This document shows positions 37,419 to 45,253 of a stretch of DNA of 64,000 nt, in pieces. The stretch is from the NCBI GenBank assembly GCA_001914535.1, contig MNCR01000052.1, forward strand, positions 3,791 through 67,790, written 5' to 3'. A model generated the notes under the pieces. The model had not been told where the DNA came from and ran no database searches. It worked only from the letters and a program-made list of their open reading frames with translations. The stretch comes from Candidatus Rokubacteria bacterium 13_2_20CM_69_15_1. Its GTDB lineage: Bacteria > Methylomirabilota > Methylomirabilia > Rokubacteriales > CSP1-6. Every line of letters begins with the position of its first letter. Within the stretch, counting starts at the first letter, position 1. The translations under genes and the position numbers were made by a program.

Positions 37419-38399
37419 ATGATGCGATCGCTCAGGACAGCTCTCGTCATCGTGATGGTGGTCGTGACACGCGCGGCCAGCGCGGATGAGCCGTTCCCGA
37501 CCCGCCCCATCACGATCGTCAATCCGTTTCCGCCGGGCGGCCAGGCCGACCTCACGGGCCGCCCGCTGGCCTCCTCGCTGGAGCGCATTCTGAAGCAGCC
37601 CGTCATCCTCGCGAACAAGCCGGGCGCGGCGGGGGCCGTGGGCATGCAGTCGGTGGCCGTTGCCAAGCCGGACGGCTACACGATTCTCATCACCGTTCCT
37701 GCCATCTCGACGATCCCCGAAGTCGACAAGCTGTTCGGGCGAGCGCCCACGTACACCCGGGATCAGCTCGTCCCGCTCGCTCGCATCAACGCCGATCCCA
37801 CCATCATCGTGGTGCACCCGGAGATGCCCTGGCGCAGCGCGAAGGAGCTCCTGGAGGAGGTCAAGCGGCGACCGGGCGAGATCGTCTTCGCCTCGTCGGG
37901 CATCTACGGCGCCTCCCACGTTCCCATGGAGATGCTGCTCCAGGCGGCGGGCGGTCTCAGGATGCGCCATCTGCCGACCACCGGTGGCGGCCCGGCCACG
38001 ACCGCCGTGCTCGGTGGCCACGCGCAGCTCTGGTGCTCGCCACCGGGCGTGGCCTCGCCGCATATCAAGTCCGGCAAGCTGCGGCCGCTGGCGGTGACGG
38101 GAGCGGCGCGGCACGCGAATTTCTCCGACCTCCCGACGCTCAAGGAGCTCGGGTACGACGTGGAGTACTACCTCTGGATCGGGCTCTTCGCGCCGAAGAA
38201 CACGCCCGGCAGAGTCATGAAGGCTCTGCGAGAGGCGGTGCGACAGGCCGTGGACGACCCGGCCTTCAAGAGCGCGATGGAGAAAATTCAGACGCCGATC
38301 GCCTATCAGGACGCCGACGAGTTCCGCGCGTGGCTCGACGTCGACGCCGCTCGGCTCGCCGAGGTGATCAGGCGCGTCGGCCGGGTCGAGGTGAAGTAG
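37419..38399 (+). CDS. Tripartite tricarboxylate transporter substrate-binding protein (TctC/Bug family), orphan
   Basis: Signal peptide. TctC signatures (RPITIVNPFPPGGQADLTGR, KPDGYTILI). No tctA or tctB nearby. Confidence 0.85.
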   Translation: MMRSLRTALVIVMVVVTRAASADEPFPTRPITIVNPFPPGGQADLTGRPLASSLERILKQPVILANKPGAAGAVGMQSVAVAKPDGYTILITVPAISTIPEVDKLFGRAPTYTRDQLVPLARINADPTIIVVHPEMPWRSAKELLEEVKRRPGEIVFASSGIYGASHVPMEMLLQAAGGLRMRHLPTTGGGPATTAVLGGHAQLWCSPPGVASPHIKSGKLRPLAVTGAARHANFSDLPTLKELGYDVEYYLWIGLFAPKNTPGRVMKALREAVRQAVDDPAFKSAMEKIQTPIAYQDADEFRAWLDVDAARLAEVIRRVGRVEVK

Positions 38400-38442
38400 A
38401 GCCCGGGGGGGCGGGCCCCGCGCCCCCCGGGCCGCTGGCGAA

Positions 38443-39399
38443 TCAGCGAACGGCGATCGGCGCGACGGTCGAGCCCGTGAGGCCCTGGGCCTTGAGGGGC
38501 TGCATGACGAACGCGAACTCGTGCATGCCTTTGGCCGCCAGCTCGTCGGTCTTGAGGTTCTCCAGCAGATGAATGCCGTTCACCACCAGCAGGATCTGAT
38601 GGACCGGCAGCGAGAGCTGCGCGTCCGGATTCGGCGCGACCTCCACCGGCCAGTTGTCGGCGCCGACCAGCATCGGATCCTGCTTGGCCAGCCACTCGGC
38701 AGCCGCCACGCCGATCCCCGGGCAGCTCTTGACGTAGCGCGCGTTGTCTTTGTTCCACAGCTTGTTCCAACCGGTGTTGATGAGCACGGCGTCGCCCGGC
38801 TGCAACCGCAGATTCTGCCGCTGGAGCGCCTGCTGGAGGTCCTGCGGCGTGATCTCGTAGGTGTCGGGCAGCGTCTCCACGCCCTTCAGCGCGGCGATGT
38901 CGATGAGCACGCCGCGGGTGATGAGGGTGCCGACCTTCTCAATCCCGAGTTTGGTGAAGCCGCCCCGGGTAGAGATCTCGTCGGTCTTGAAGCAGTTGTA
39001 GTGGCTATACTCGATCGACTGGTGGGCAAAGCCGTCGAACTGAGTGCCGACCTGGCCGATCTCGCTGATGACGGTCTCCTCGTTGCTCCCGCGCCGGTTC
39101 GAGGCCTGGTTCATGAACGTGCGCTTCGTGTGCACGTCGAAGCGGCGCGTGCCGGAGAACGGCCCCGAGGGGCCGAGGACGTGGGCCAGATCGATGACCT
39201 CACCCGTCTTGATGAGCCGCGTCGCCCGCAGCACGCTCTCGGGCTTCATGTGATTGCCCGAGCCGCGCTCGTCGCCGGCCCCCCACTTCGAGGGGCAGCG
39301 CTGGCTTTCGGCCGGAGGCTTCCAAGATTGGGCGTGAGCGGTGACGCTCGCCCAGCCGAATGCCACGATCATGGCGACGCCGATGGCGATGGGTCGCAT
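38443..39399 (-). CDS. Cyclase-family protein (kynurenine-formamidase-like), secreted
   Basis: Signal peptide. Cyclase signature region (HxGTHxDxPxH-like, GFAHQSIEYSHYNC). 318 aa. Confidence 0.75.
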   Translation of the reverse strand: MRPIAIGVAMIVAFGWASVTAHAQSWKPPAESQRCPSKWGAGDERGSGNHMKPESVLRATRLIKTGEVIDLAHVLGPSGPFSGTRRFDVHTKRTFMNQASNRRGSNEETVISEIGQVGTQFDGFAHQSIEYSHYNCFKTDEISTRGGFTKLGIEKVGTLITRGVLIDIAALKGVETLPDTYEITPQDLQQALQRQNLRLQPGDAVLINTGWNKLWNKDNARYVKSCPGIGVAAAEWLAKQDPMLVGADNWPVEVAPNPDAQLSLPVHQILLVVNGIHLLENLKTDELAAKGMHEFAFVMQPLKAQGLTGSTVAPIAVR

Positions 39400-39535
39400 G
39401 GCCCCTCCTTAGGTGCGGGTAGCTCCAGGCGCTGCGTCCGGACCCCGACTGCGGGCGCCGAGACACTATCGCAATCATCCCGAGGATGCAATGCGACGCG
39501 ACCGACGCGGCCCGGAGCGATGTGCGAGGCGTCGA

Positions 39536-40291
39536 TCAGGCGATCTTGATGATGCCTGGCTCGACCGGCTTGAACCGGTCAGCGACCAGCGGGTCGTGGC
39601 CGGCGACGATCAGCTTCTCGGGGCCCGCGAGCGTGTGGATCGTCTCGAAGGCGGCGAGCATCTCGGGCAGGCTCGTGATGATCTGCACGGGCTGGCGCGT
39701 CTCCACATTGCGGTAGAAGTGGGAGGCGTCTGAGGTGAGGACGACCGTGCCGCGCCCGGTATGAACCGTGACGATCTGGAGCCCCGCGGTGTGGCCGCCG
39801 ACGCGATGAACCCGGACTCCGGGGAGCACCTCGCGGTCGCCGTCGATGATCCGGACGCGGCTCGCATAGTTCAACGTCACGAGACCCGCCAGCGCGCCCA
39901 CGTTGGCCGACTGCCGGAAGGCCGGATACCGACCGAAGGGCCCCGTCCAGAACGCCACCTCGTCACGCTGGATCCAGTACTCGGCGCCGGGGAACAAGCT
40001 GTGCCCGGCCCAGTGGTCGTAGTGGAGGTGGGTGATGAGCGCGACCGGCACGTCAGCGGGCTTCACGCCCGCGCGCGCCACCACCGCCGCCGGACTCACG
40101 TAGTTGCGGATCCCGCGCTCCCGCGCGTCGTCGTCGAGGAACCCGGTGTCCACGAGGATCGGGTGCGGGCCGCCGAGGATCAGCCACACGTAGTAGTGGA
40201 GCGTGATCGGCGCGTGCGACGCCTCGCGGTAGAAGAACTGGCAGGCCGTCGTGTCTCGCTCACCGTACTTGAGCGCGTAGACCTCGTACAT
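39536..40291 (-). CDS. MBL-fold N-acyl-homoserine-lactonase-like hydrolase
   Basis: HLHYDHWAG metallo-beta-lactamase motif. AttM/AiiB-like length of 251 aa. Confidence 0.75.
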   Translation of the reverse strand: MYEVYALKYGERDTTACQFFYREASHAPITLHYYVWLILGGPHPILVDTGFLDDDARERGIRNYVSPAAVVARAGVKPADVPVALITHLHYDHWAGHSLFPGAEYWIQRDEVAFWTGPFGRYPAFRQSANVGALAGLVTLNYASRVRIIDGDREVLPGVRVHRVGGHTAGLQIVTVHTGRGTVVLTSDASHFYRNVETRQPVQIITSLPEMLAAFETIHTLAGPEKLIVAGHDPLVADRFKPVEPGIIKIA

Positions 40292-40440
40292 GGGTCACCC
40301 CGCTGGCCCCGCAGTGTACTCCAGCGGAGCCGGTCTTGTCCGCGCGGCGCGCCTGGGCCTGCTAGGATTGGATCCGCGCGGACGAAGACGGTAAGGTCAG
40401 AAGGCGGCGCGTGGCTCGCAACGCGCCCGCGGGAGGTACG

Positions 40441-41919
40441 ATGCGACTCCCTCTGCTGCTCGCCGCGATGCTGTTGCCGACGATTCCCGTCGGCGACGCA
40501 TCTGAGGCCGCTCCACCGGAGGAGCTGCCGACGATCTGGGAGGTGCCCCCGGGCGATCCCCTCGAGCATCACACGGCGGGCTTCGCCAAGGTGTTGTGCT
40601 CGGCGATCTTCATCACGGGCCGCGACCTCGCGACGGCAGCGGAGGAAGACGGGTTCTTCGTGTCGCCTCGCGGGCCGCGGCGTGCGGTCATCAAGACGAT
40701 CGTCGACCGGGAGCGGCGCGCGGTGCGCCTCGCCCTGCCGAACGGCGTGACGCGTACCGCAAAGCTCTACGGTGACCAAGGGTGCGTCACCCTTCCCCGG
40801 GGCGCGGACTCGGTCTTCTTCACCCCGGTGCGGGTCGCCTCCTCGCTGCCCGATCCCGCGACGCAGCCGTGGCCGATGGGCGACCAGCTCCCCGACACGC
40901 CGCTCCCGTCGGCGGTCGACGCGTCGAAGGTGGCAGCGGCCACGGCGGCCGCGTTCGACCCGCCCGAGGCGCTCACCGCGGCCTTTGTCGTGGCCTACAA
41001 GGGGCGTCTCATCGCCGAGCGCTACCAGCGGGGGCTCGACCACACGACGCGCCTTCCGAGCTGGTCCATGGGCAAGAGCCTCACGGCGACACTCATCGGC
41101 CGGCTCGTCCACGAGGGCGTCTACGACCTTTGGGCGCGCGCGCCGGTGGACGAGTGGCAGCGGCCGGACGACCCGCGGCGCGCGATCCGCATCGCCGACC
41201 TGCTGCGGATGTCGAGCGGGCTTCGGTTCATCGCGCCGCAAGACCCGGATTTCGACGGCGCCCGCGGCTACCCCGATCACCTCTACGTCTACACGGGCGC
41301 CATCGACGCGTACCGCTGGGCCCTCACGCGCCCGCTCCAGTGGCCACCCAACACCGTCGGGCGCTACCGCAACTCCGACCCGCTCGTGCTCAACCACCTG
41401 ATCAAGAAGGCGGTCGTCGCCCGTGGCGCCGAGTACTTGTCGCATCCGCAGCGCCACCTGTTCGACAAGCTCGGCATCCGGCGCATGGTCCTCGAGACCG
41501 ATCCCCACGGCAACTTCCTGCTGCAGGGCTACGTGCTGGGCACGGGACGTGACTGGGTACGTCTGGGGCTCCTCTACTTGCTGGATGGCGTCTGGAATGG
41601 CAAGCGGCTGCTTCCCGAGGGCTGGGTGGATTTCGTAAGGACGCCGGCGCCTGCCTGGTCGATGCCGGTGTACGGCGGGATGTTCTGGCTGAACCGGACG
41701 AAGACGTGGCCGGTGCCCGAGGACGCTTACTTCATGGCCGGCGCCGGCGGGCAGTACACCATTGTCATCCCCACGCACGATCTCGTCGTGGCACGCCTCG
41801 GCCATTACAAGGGCGTCGAAGCCGGCGAGGAGGCCCTCGCGCGCGCGCTCGCGACCCTGATGGAGGCGGTGCCGCAGGTCCGAGAGGTATGGCAGCCTCC
41901 GTCCACCGCCAAACGGTGA
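40441..41919 (+). CDS. Serine hydrolase (beta-lactamase/transpeptidase-like)
   Basis: ATG at 40441 after GGGAGG. Signal peptide. SxxK motif (SMGKS). Confidence 0.8.
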   Translation: MRLPLLLAAMLLPTIPVGDASEAAPPEELPTIWEVPPGDPLEHHTAGFAKVLCSAIFITGRDLATAAEEDGFFVSPRGPRRAVIKTIVDRERRAVRLALPNGVTRTAKLYGDQGCVTLPRGADSVFFTPVRVASSLPDPATQPWPMGDQLPDTPLPSAVDASKVAAATAAAFDPPEALTAAFVVAYKGRLIAERYQRGLDHTTRLPSWSMGKSLTATLIGRLVHEGVYDLWARAPVDEWQRPDDPRRAIRIADLLRMSSGLRFIAPQDPDFDGARGYPDHLYVYTGAIDAYRWALTRPLQWPPNTVGRYRNSDPLVLNHLIKKAVVARGAEYLSHPQRHLFDKLGIRRMVLETDPHGNFLLQGYVLGTGRDWVRLGLLYLLDGVWNGKRLLPEGWVDFVRTPAPAWSMPVYGGMFWLNRTKTWPVPEDAYFMAGAGGQYTIVIPTHDLVVARLGHYKGVEAGEEALARALATLMEAVPQVREVWQPPSTAKR

Positions 41920-41937
41920 TGAAGAAAGGAGCAGGCT

Positions 41938-42270
41938 TTGAGCACACCCCAATCGGCATCGTCTGCGCGCAGCGAGGTTCGGCAGGTCGCGCCGAAGCTG
42001 ATCGAGCTCAGCGAGACGGTCCTCTATGGCGACGTCTGGGAGCGGCCCGGGCTGTCCAAGCGTGACCGGAGCCTCATCACGCTCGCGGCGCTGACCGCGA
42101 TGTACCGCGGTGACCAGCTCTCGGGCCACATCGAGCGCGCGCTCGCCAACGGCGTGACGCGAGAGGAGATCGGCGAGCTCGTCACCCACCTGGCCTTCTA
42201 TGCGGGCTGGCCGGCGGCCATGACCGCGGGTCGCATCGCACGGAAGGTCTTCGACGGGACCAAGTCATGA
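41938..42270 (+). CDS. Carboxymuconolactone-decarboxylase-family (AhpD-like) protein
   Basis: 110 aa. CMD core (VTHLAFYAGWPAAM). Confidence 0.8.
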   Translation: MSTPQSASSARSEVRQVAPKLIELSETVLYGDVWERPGLSKRDRSLITLAALTAMYRGDQLSGHIERALANGVTREEIGELVTHLAFYAGWPAAMTAGRIARKVFDGTKS

Positions 42271-43193
42271 GGATCGGGTTCATCGGCCTCGGCACCATGG
42301 GGCGCCACATGGCGTCGAACTTGATGACGGCGGGCCACGAGCTGGTGGTCCACGACGCCCGGCGGGAGGCGGCGGCGCCCCACCGGGAGGCGGGTGCGCG
42401 CTGGGCGGAGACGCCGCGGGCGCTCGCCGAGGCGACGGACGTGGTCTTCACCTCACTGCCGGGCCCTCCAGAAGTCGAGGCGGTGGCCCTCGGCGAGCAG
42501 GGGCTCCTCGCGGGGCTCGCGGCGGGCAAGGTCTACTTCGACCTCACGACCAACGCGCCCGCGCTCGTGCGCCGGATCCACGGGGTGTTCGGGGCGCGCG
42601 GGATCCACATGCTGGACGCCCCGGTGAGCGGCGGCCCGCGAGGGGCGGAGACGCGGAGGCTCGCGCTTTGGGTCGGGGGTGACGAGGGCGTCTTCAAGCG
42701 CTACAAGGCGGTGCTCGGCGCGATCGGCGATCAGCCCTATTACGTCGGCCCGATCGGCGCGGGCTCGATCGCGAAGCTGGTCCACAACTGTGCGGGCTAC
42801 GTCATCCAGACGGCGCTCGCCGAGGTCTTCACGATGGGCGTCAAGGCGGGCGTCGACCCACTCGCGCTCTGGAAGGCGGTCCGCCAGGGCGCGGCCGGGC
42901 GGCGCCGCACGTTCGACGGCCTGGTCGATCAGTTCCTGCCCGGCCGTTTCGAGCCGGCGGCCTTCGCGTTGCGACTGGCGCACAAGGACGTCACCCTGGC
43001 GGTGGGCCTCGGTCGCGAGCACCGAGTGCCCATGCGGCTCGCCAGCATCACGCTCGAAGAACTGACCGAGGCGCTCAACCGGGGTTGGGGCGAGCGCGAC
43101 TCGCGGGTCGCCATGCTGCTACAAGAGGAACGCGCGCACGTCGCAATTCGCGTCGCTGACGCCGCGATCCGTCAGGTGCTCGAGCTCGGGTGA
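42267..43193 (+). CDS. NAD(P)-dependent 3-hydroxyisobutyrate-dehydrogenase-family oxidoreductase
   Basis: MRIGFIGLGTMGRHMA Rossmann motif. HIBADH-type catalytic region (GPIGAGSIAKLVHN). Confidence 0.85.
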   Translation: MRIGFIGLGTMGRHMASNLMTAGHELVVHDARREAAAPHREAGARWAETPRALAEATDVVFTSLPGPPEVEAVALGEQGLLAGLAAGKVYFDLTTNAPALVRRIHGVFGARGIHMLDAPVSGGPRGAETRRLALWVGGDEGVFKRYKAVLGAIGDQPYYVGPIGAGSIAKLVHNCAGYVIQTALAEVFTMGVKAGVDPLALWKAVRQGAAGRRRTFDGLVDQFLPGRFEPAAFALRLAHKDVTLAVGLGREHRVPMRLASITLEELTEALNRGWGERDSRVAMLLQEERAHVAIRVADAAIRQVLELG

Positions 43194-43212
43194 CGTGCGC
43201 CGGCGCGGGGCG

Positions 43213-43407
43213 CTACTTCACCCGGAGCTTCGTGAGGTACTGCCGGAGCGCCGTGCCCACCACCTCCTGGAGCGGCATGCCGTGCTTCTCCGCGGCGCGG
43301 ACGATGCGGCGCTTGACCGTTGGCTCGACCCACACGTGCATCCGCCGACTTTCTGGATTCGCCGGTCTGCCGACTCGCCCCTTTTCGTCGGTGGCCAACA
43401 TTTTCAT
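43213..43407 (-). CDS. Small ribbon-helix-helix (CopG/antitoxin-like) DNA-binding protein, solitary
   Basis: 64 aa. ATG 7 nt after GGAGG. Predicted beta-strand MHVWVEPTVKRRI followed by two helices. Confidence 0.45.
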   Translation of the reverse strand: MKMLATDEKGRVGRPANPESRRMHVWVEPTVKRRIVRAAEKHGMPLQEVVGTALRQYLTKLRVK

Positions 43408-43423
43408 CAGAAAACCTCCACAA

Positions 43424-43444
43424 GGGATCGTTTAGGGATCGTTT
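43424..43444. promoter_or_regulatory. Tandem direct repeat GGGATCGTTT-a-GGGATCGTTT upstream of the RHH gene (candidate operator)
   Basis: Seen 17-37 nt upstream of the RHH start. A second tandem (GAAATACC x2) lies further upstream. Confidence 0.35.
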
Positions 43445-43529
43445 CCCGGATATTCGCCCGCGGCGCCCCGCCGCACAATTGGGTGAAACCCCCAGACGAG
43501 CGGGGGGAAATACCGGAAAATACCACGGC

Positions 43530-44603
43530 TCAGGCGATACGGCGTCCGTCGGAGGAGGCGAAGAAGACAAGCTTGTCCGTGCGCAGCGTGAAGCGGCGGC
43601 GGTCGCCCACCGCGAGCCGATCTTCCGCGCTCGCCTTGGCGACGAGCGAGGTCCCTCCGCCGTAGTCGAGGAACACCAGCGTCTCGTCACCCAAGGGCTC
43701 GATGAGGCTCACCGCGGCTGGCCAGCCCTCGGCGCCGTCGGAGAGCCGAACGTGCTCGGGCCGCACGCCCAGCGTCGCCGGCCCGCCCGCGCTCGGCCCG
43801 GAGCGGGTCAGGGCGAGCCTCAGTGCGGGCGCCTGGAAGACGGAGCCGCCCGAGGCCTGGTGGAGCTCCCCGTCGATGAAGTTCATCGCGGGGATGCCGA
43901 AGAAGCCGGCCACGAAGTAGTTGGCGGGCTCGTTGTAGATGGCCAGCGGCGGGCCCGTCTGCTGCACGCGGCCCTGGTCCATCACCACGATACGGTGCGC
44001 CATCGTCATCGCCTCGGCCTGGTCGTGGGTGACGTACACGAACGTCGCCCGCAGCGTGGCGTGCAGGCGCTTGAGCTCCGTCCGCATCTCGACGCGCAGC
44101 TTGGCGTCCAGGCTCGACAGCGGCTCATCCATCAAGAAGGCGGCGGGCTTCACGACGATCGTGCGGGCGAGGGCCACCCGCTGGGCCTCGCCGCCCGAGA
44201 GTGTCGAGGGGCGCTTGTCGAGCAGATGGGCGACGTGCAACGTCGTCGCGACCCCGCGGACCCGCTCGCCGAGCTCCGCCGGCGGGACCTTCTTGATCAT
44301 CAGCGGGAAGGCGATGTTGTCGAAGACCGTCATGTGAGGAAAGAGCGCCAGGCTCTGGAAGACCATGCCGAGGTTGCGATCGCCGGGCTCCCAGTCGGTG
44401 ACGCGCTCGGCGCCGATCCACACCTCGCCCGAGGTCGGGCGCTCGAGGCCGGCGATCAGGTGGAGCGTCGTCGTCTTGCCGCAGCCCGACGGGCCCACCA
44501 GGACGACGAACTCGCCGTCGGCGATCTCGAGGCTCACGCCGCGCACGGCCTGGACGGTCTCGCCGAAGCTCTTGACGAGGTTCTCGAGCCGGATGCTGGC
44601 CAT
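43530..44603 (-). CDS. ABC transporter ATP-binding protein (MalK/UgpC-type with C-terminal TOBE domain)
   Basis: Walker A GPSGCGKTT. LSGGEAQRVALAR signature. Walker B FLMDEPLS. 357 aa. Confidence 0.9.
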   Translation of the reverse strand: MASIRLENLVKSFGETVQAVRGVSLEIADGEFVVLVGPSGCGKTTTLHLIAGLERPTSGEVWIGAERVTDWEPGDRNLGMVFQSLALFPHMTVFDNIAFPLMIKKVPPAELGERVRGVATTLHVAHLLDKRPSTLSGGEAQRVALARTIVVKPAAFLMDEPLSSLDAKLRVEMRTELKRLHATLRATFVYVTHDQAEAMTMAHRIVVMDQGRVQQTGPPLAIYNEPANYFVAGFFGIPAMNFIDGELHQASGGSVFQAPALRLALTRSGPSAGGPATLGVRPEHVRLSDGAEGWPAAVSLIEPLGDETLVFLDYGGGTSLVAKASAEDRLAVGDRRRFTLRTDKLVFFASSDGRRIA

Positions 44604-44612
44604 CGGGCGCCC

Positions 44613-45035
44613 TCAGCGCCGGATCATGCCGAAGCTGAAGCCTTTGACGAGGTGCTTCTGGATGAGGAAGCCGAGGATCACCACCGGGATCGTCACGACG
44701 GTGCCGATCGCCGCCTGGGGCCCGTAGAGACGCCCCTCCACCGCCGACTGGAACTTGTTGAGGAGGACGGGGAGCGTGAGCACCCTGGGCTGCGAGAGCG
44801 TGAGGGCCAGCAGAAACTCGCTCCAGTTCAGGATGAAGACGAAGAGCAGCGTCACCATCATCCCCGACGCCACGAGCGGGAAGACGACCTTGCGGATCGT
44901 GGCGAGCCGGCTCGCGCCCATCAGCCGCGCGGCGTGCTCGAGCTCGCGGGGCACCTCGTCGATGAAGGCCAGCATCATCCAGATGACGTAGGGCAGCGTG
45001 GTGGCGACGTAGAGGAGGATGAGCCCGTAGGCGGT
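44613..45035 (-). pseudogene. 5'-truncated ABC transporter permease (MalG-like); C-terminal about 140 aa only
   Basis: The EAA loop (EHAARLMGASRLATIRKVVFPL) and the last two TM helices are intact. The frame opens at a TGA at 45036-38 with no upstream permease coding in any frame. No start codon for a full-length protein. Confidence 0.6.
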
Positions 45036-45125
45036 TCAATGACGTGATCGAGTACGGCCACTCTGCACGGCCCAACGTCCTCTGCCCTTCCACGCGGCGA
45101 CAGCCGCCCGCCACGCGTGACGCCA

Positions 45126-45145
45126 TTCCGGAAAAAGTTCCGGAA
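45126..45145. promoter_or_regulatory. Two copies of the palindromic octamer TTCCGGAA, 12 bp centre-to-centre
   Basis: Seen in a roughly 200-bp lower-GC junction between the permease fragment and the histidine kinase gene. A TTGACT -35-like hexamer lies at 45172. Confidence 0.35.
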
Positions 45146-45253
45146 TTTCAAGTACTTACAGAACATTTTTCTTGACTGCGAGACGCCCACCAAGGCAGGG
45201 TACTGAGACGCGATGAACAAAGAGGAGATTTTGAACCTAGTGAAGCAGGCCGC

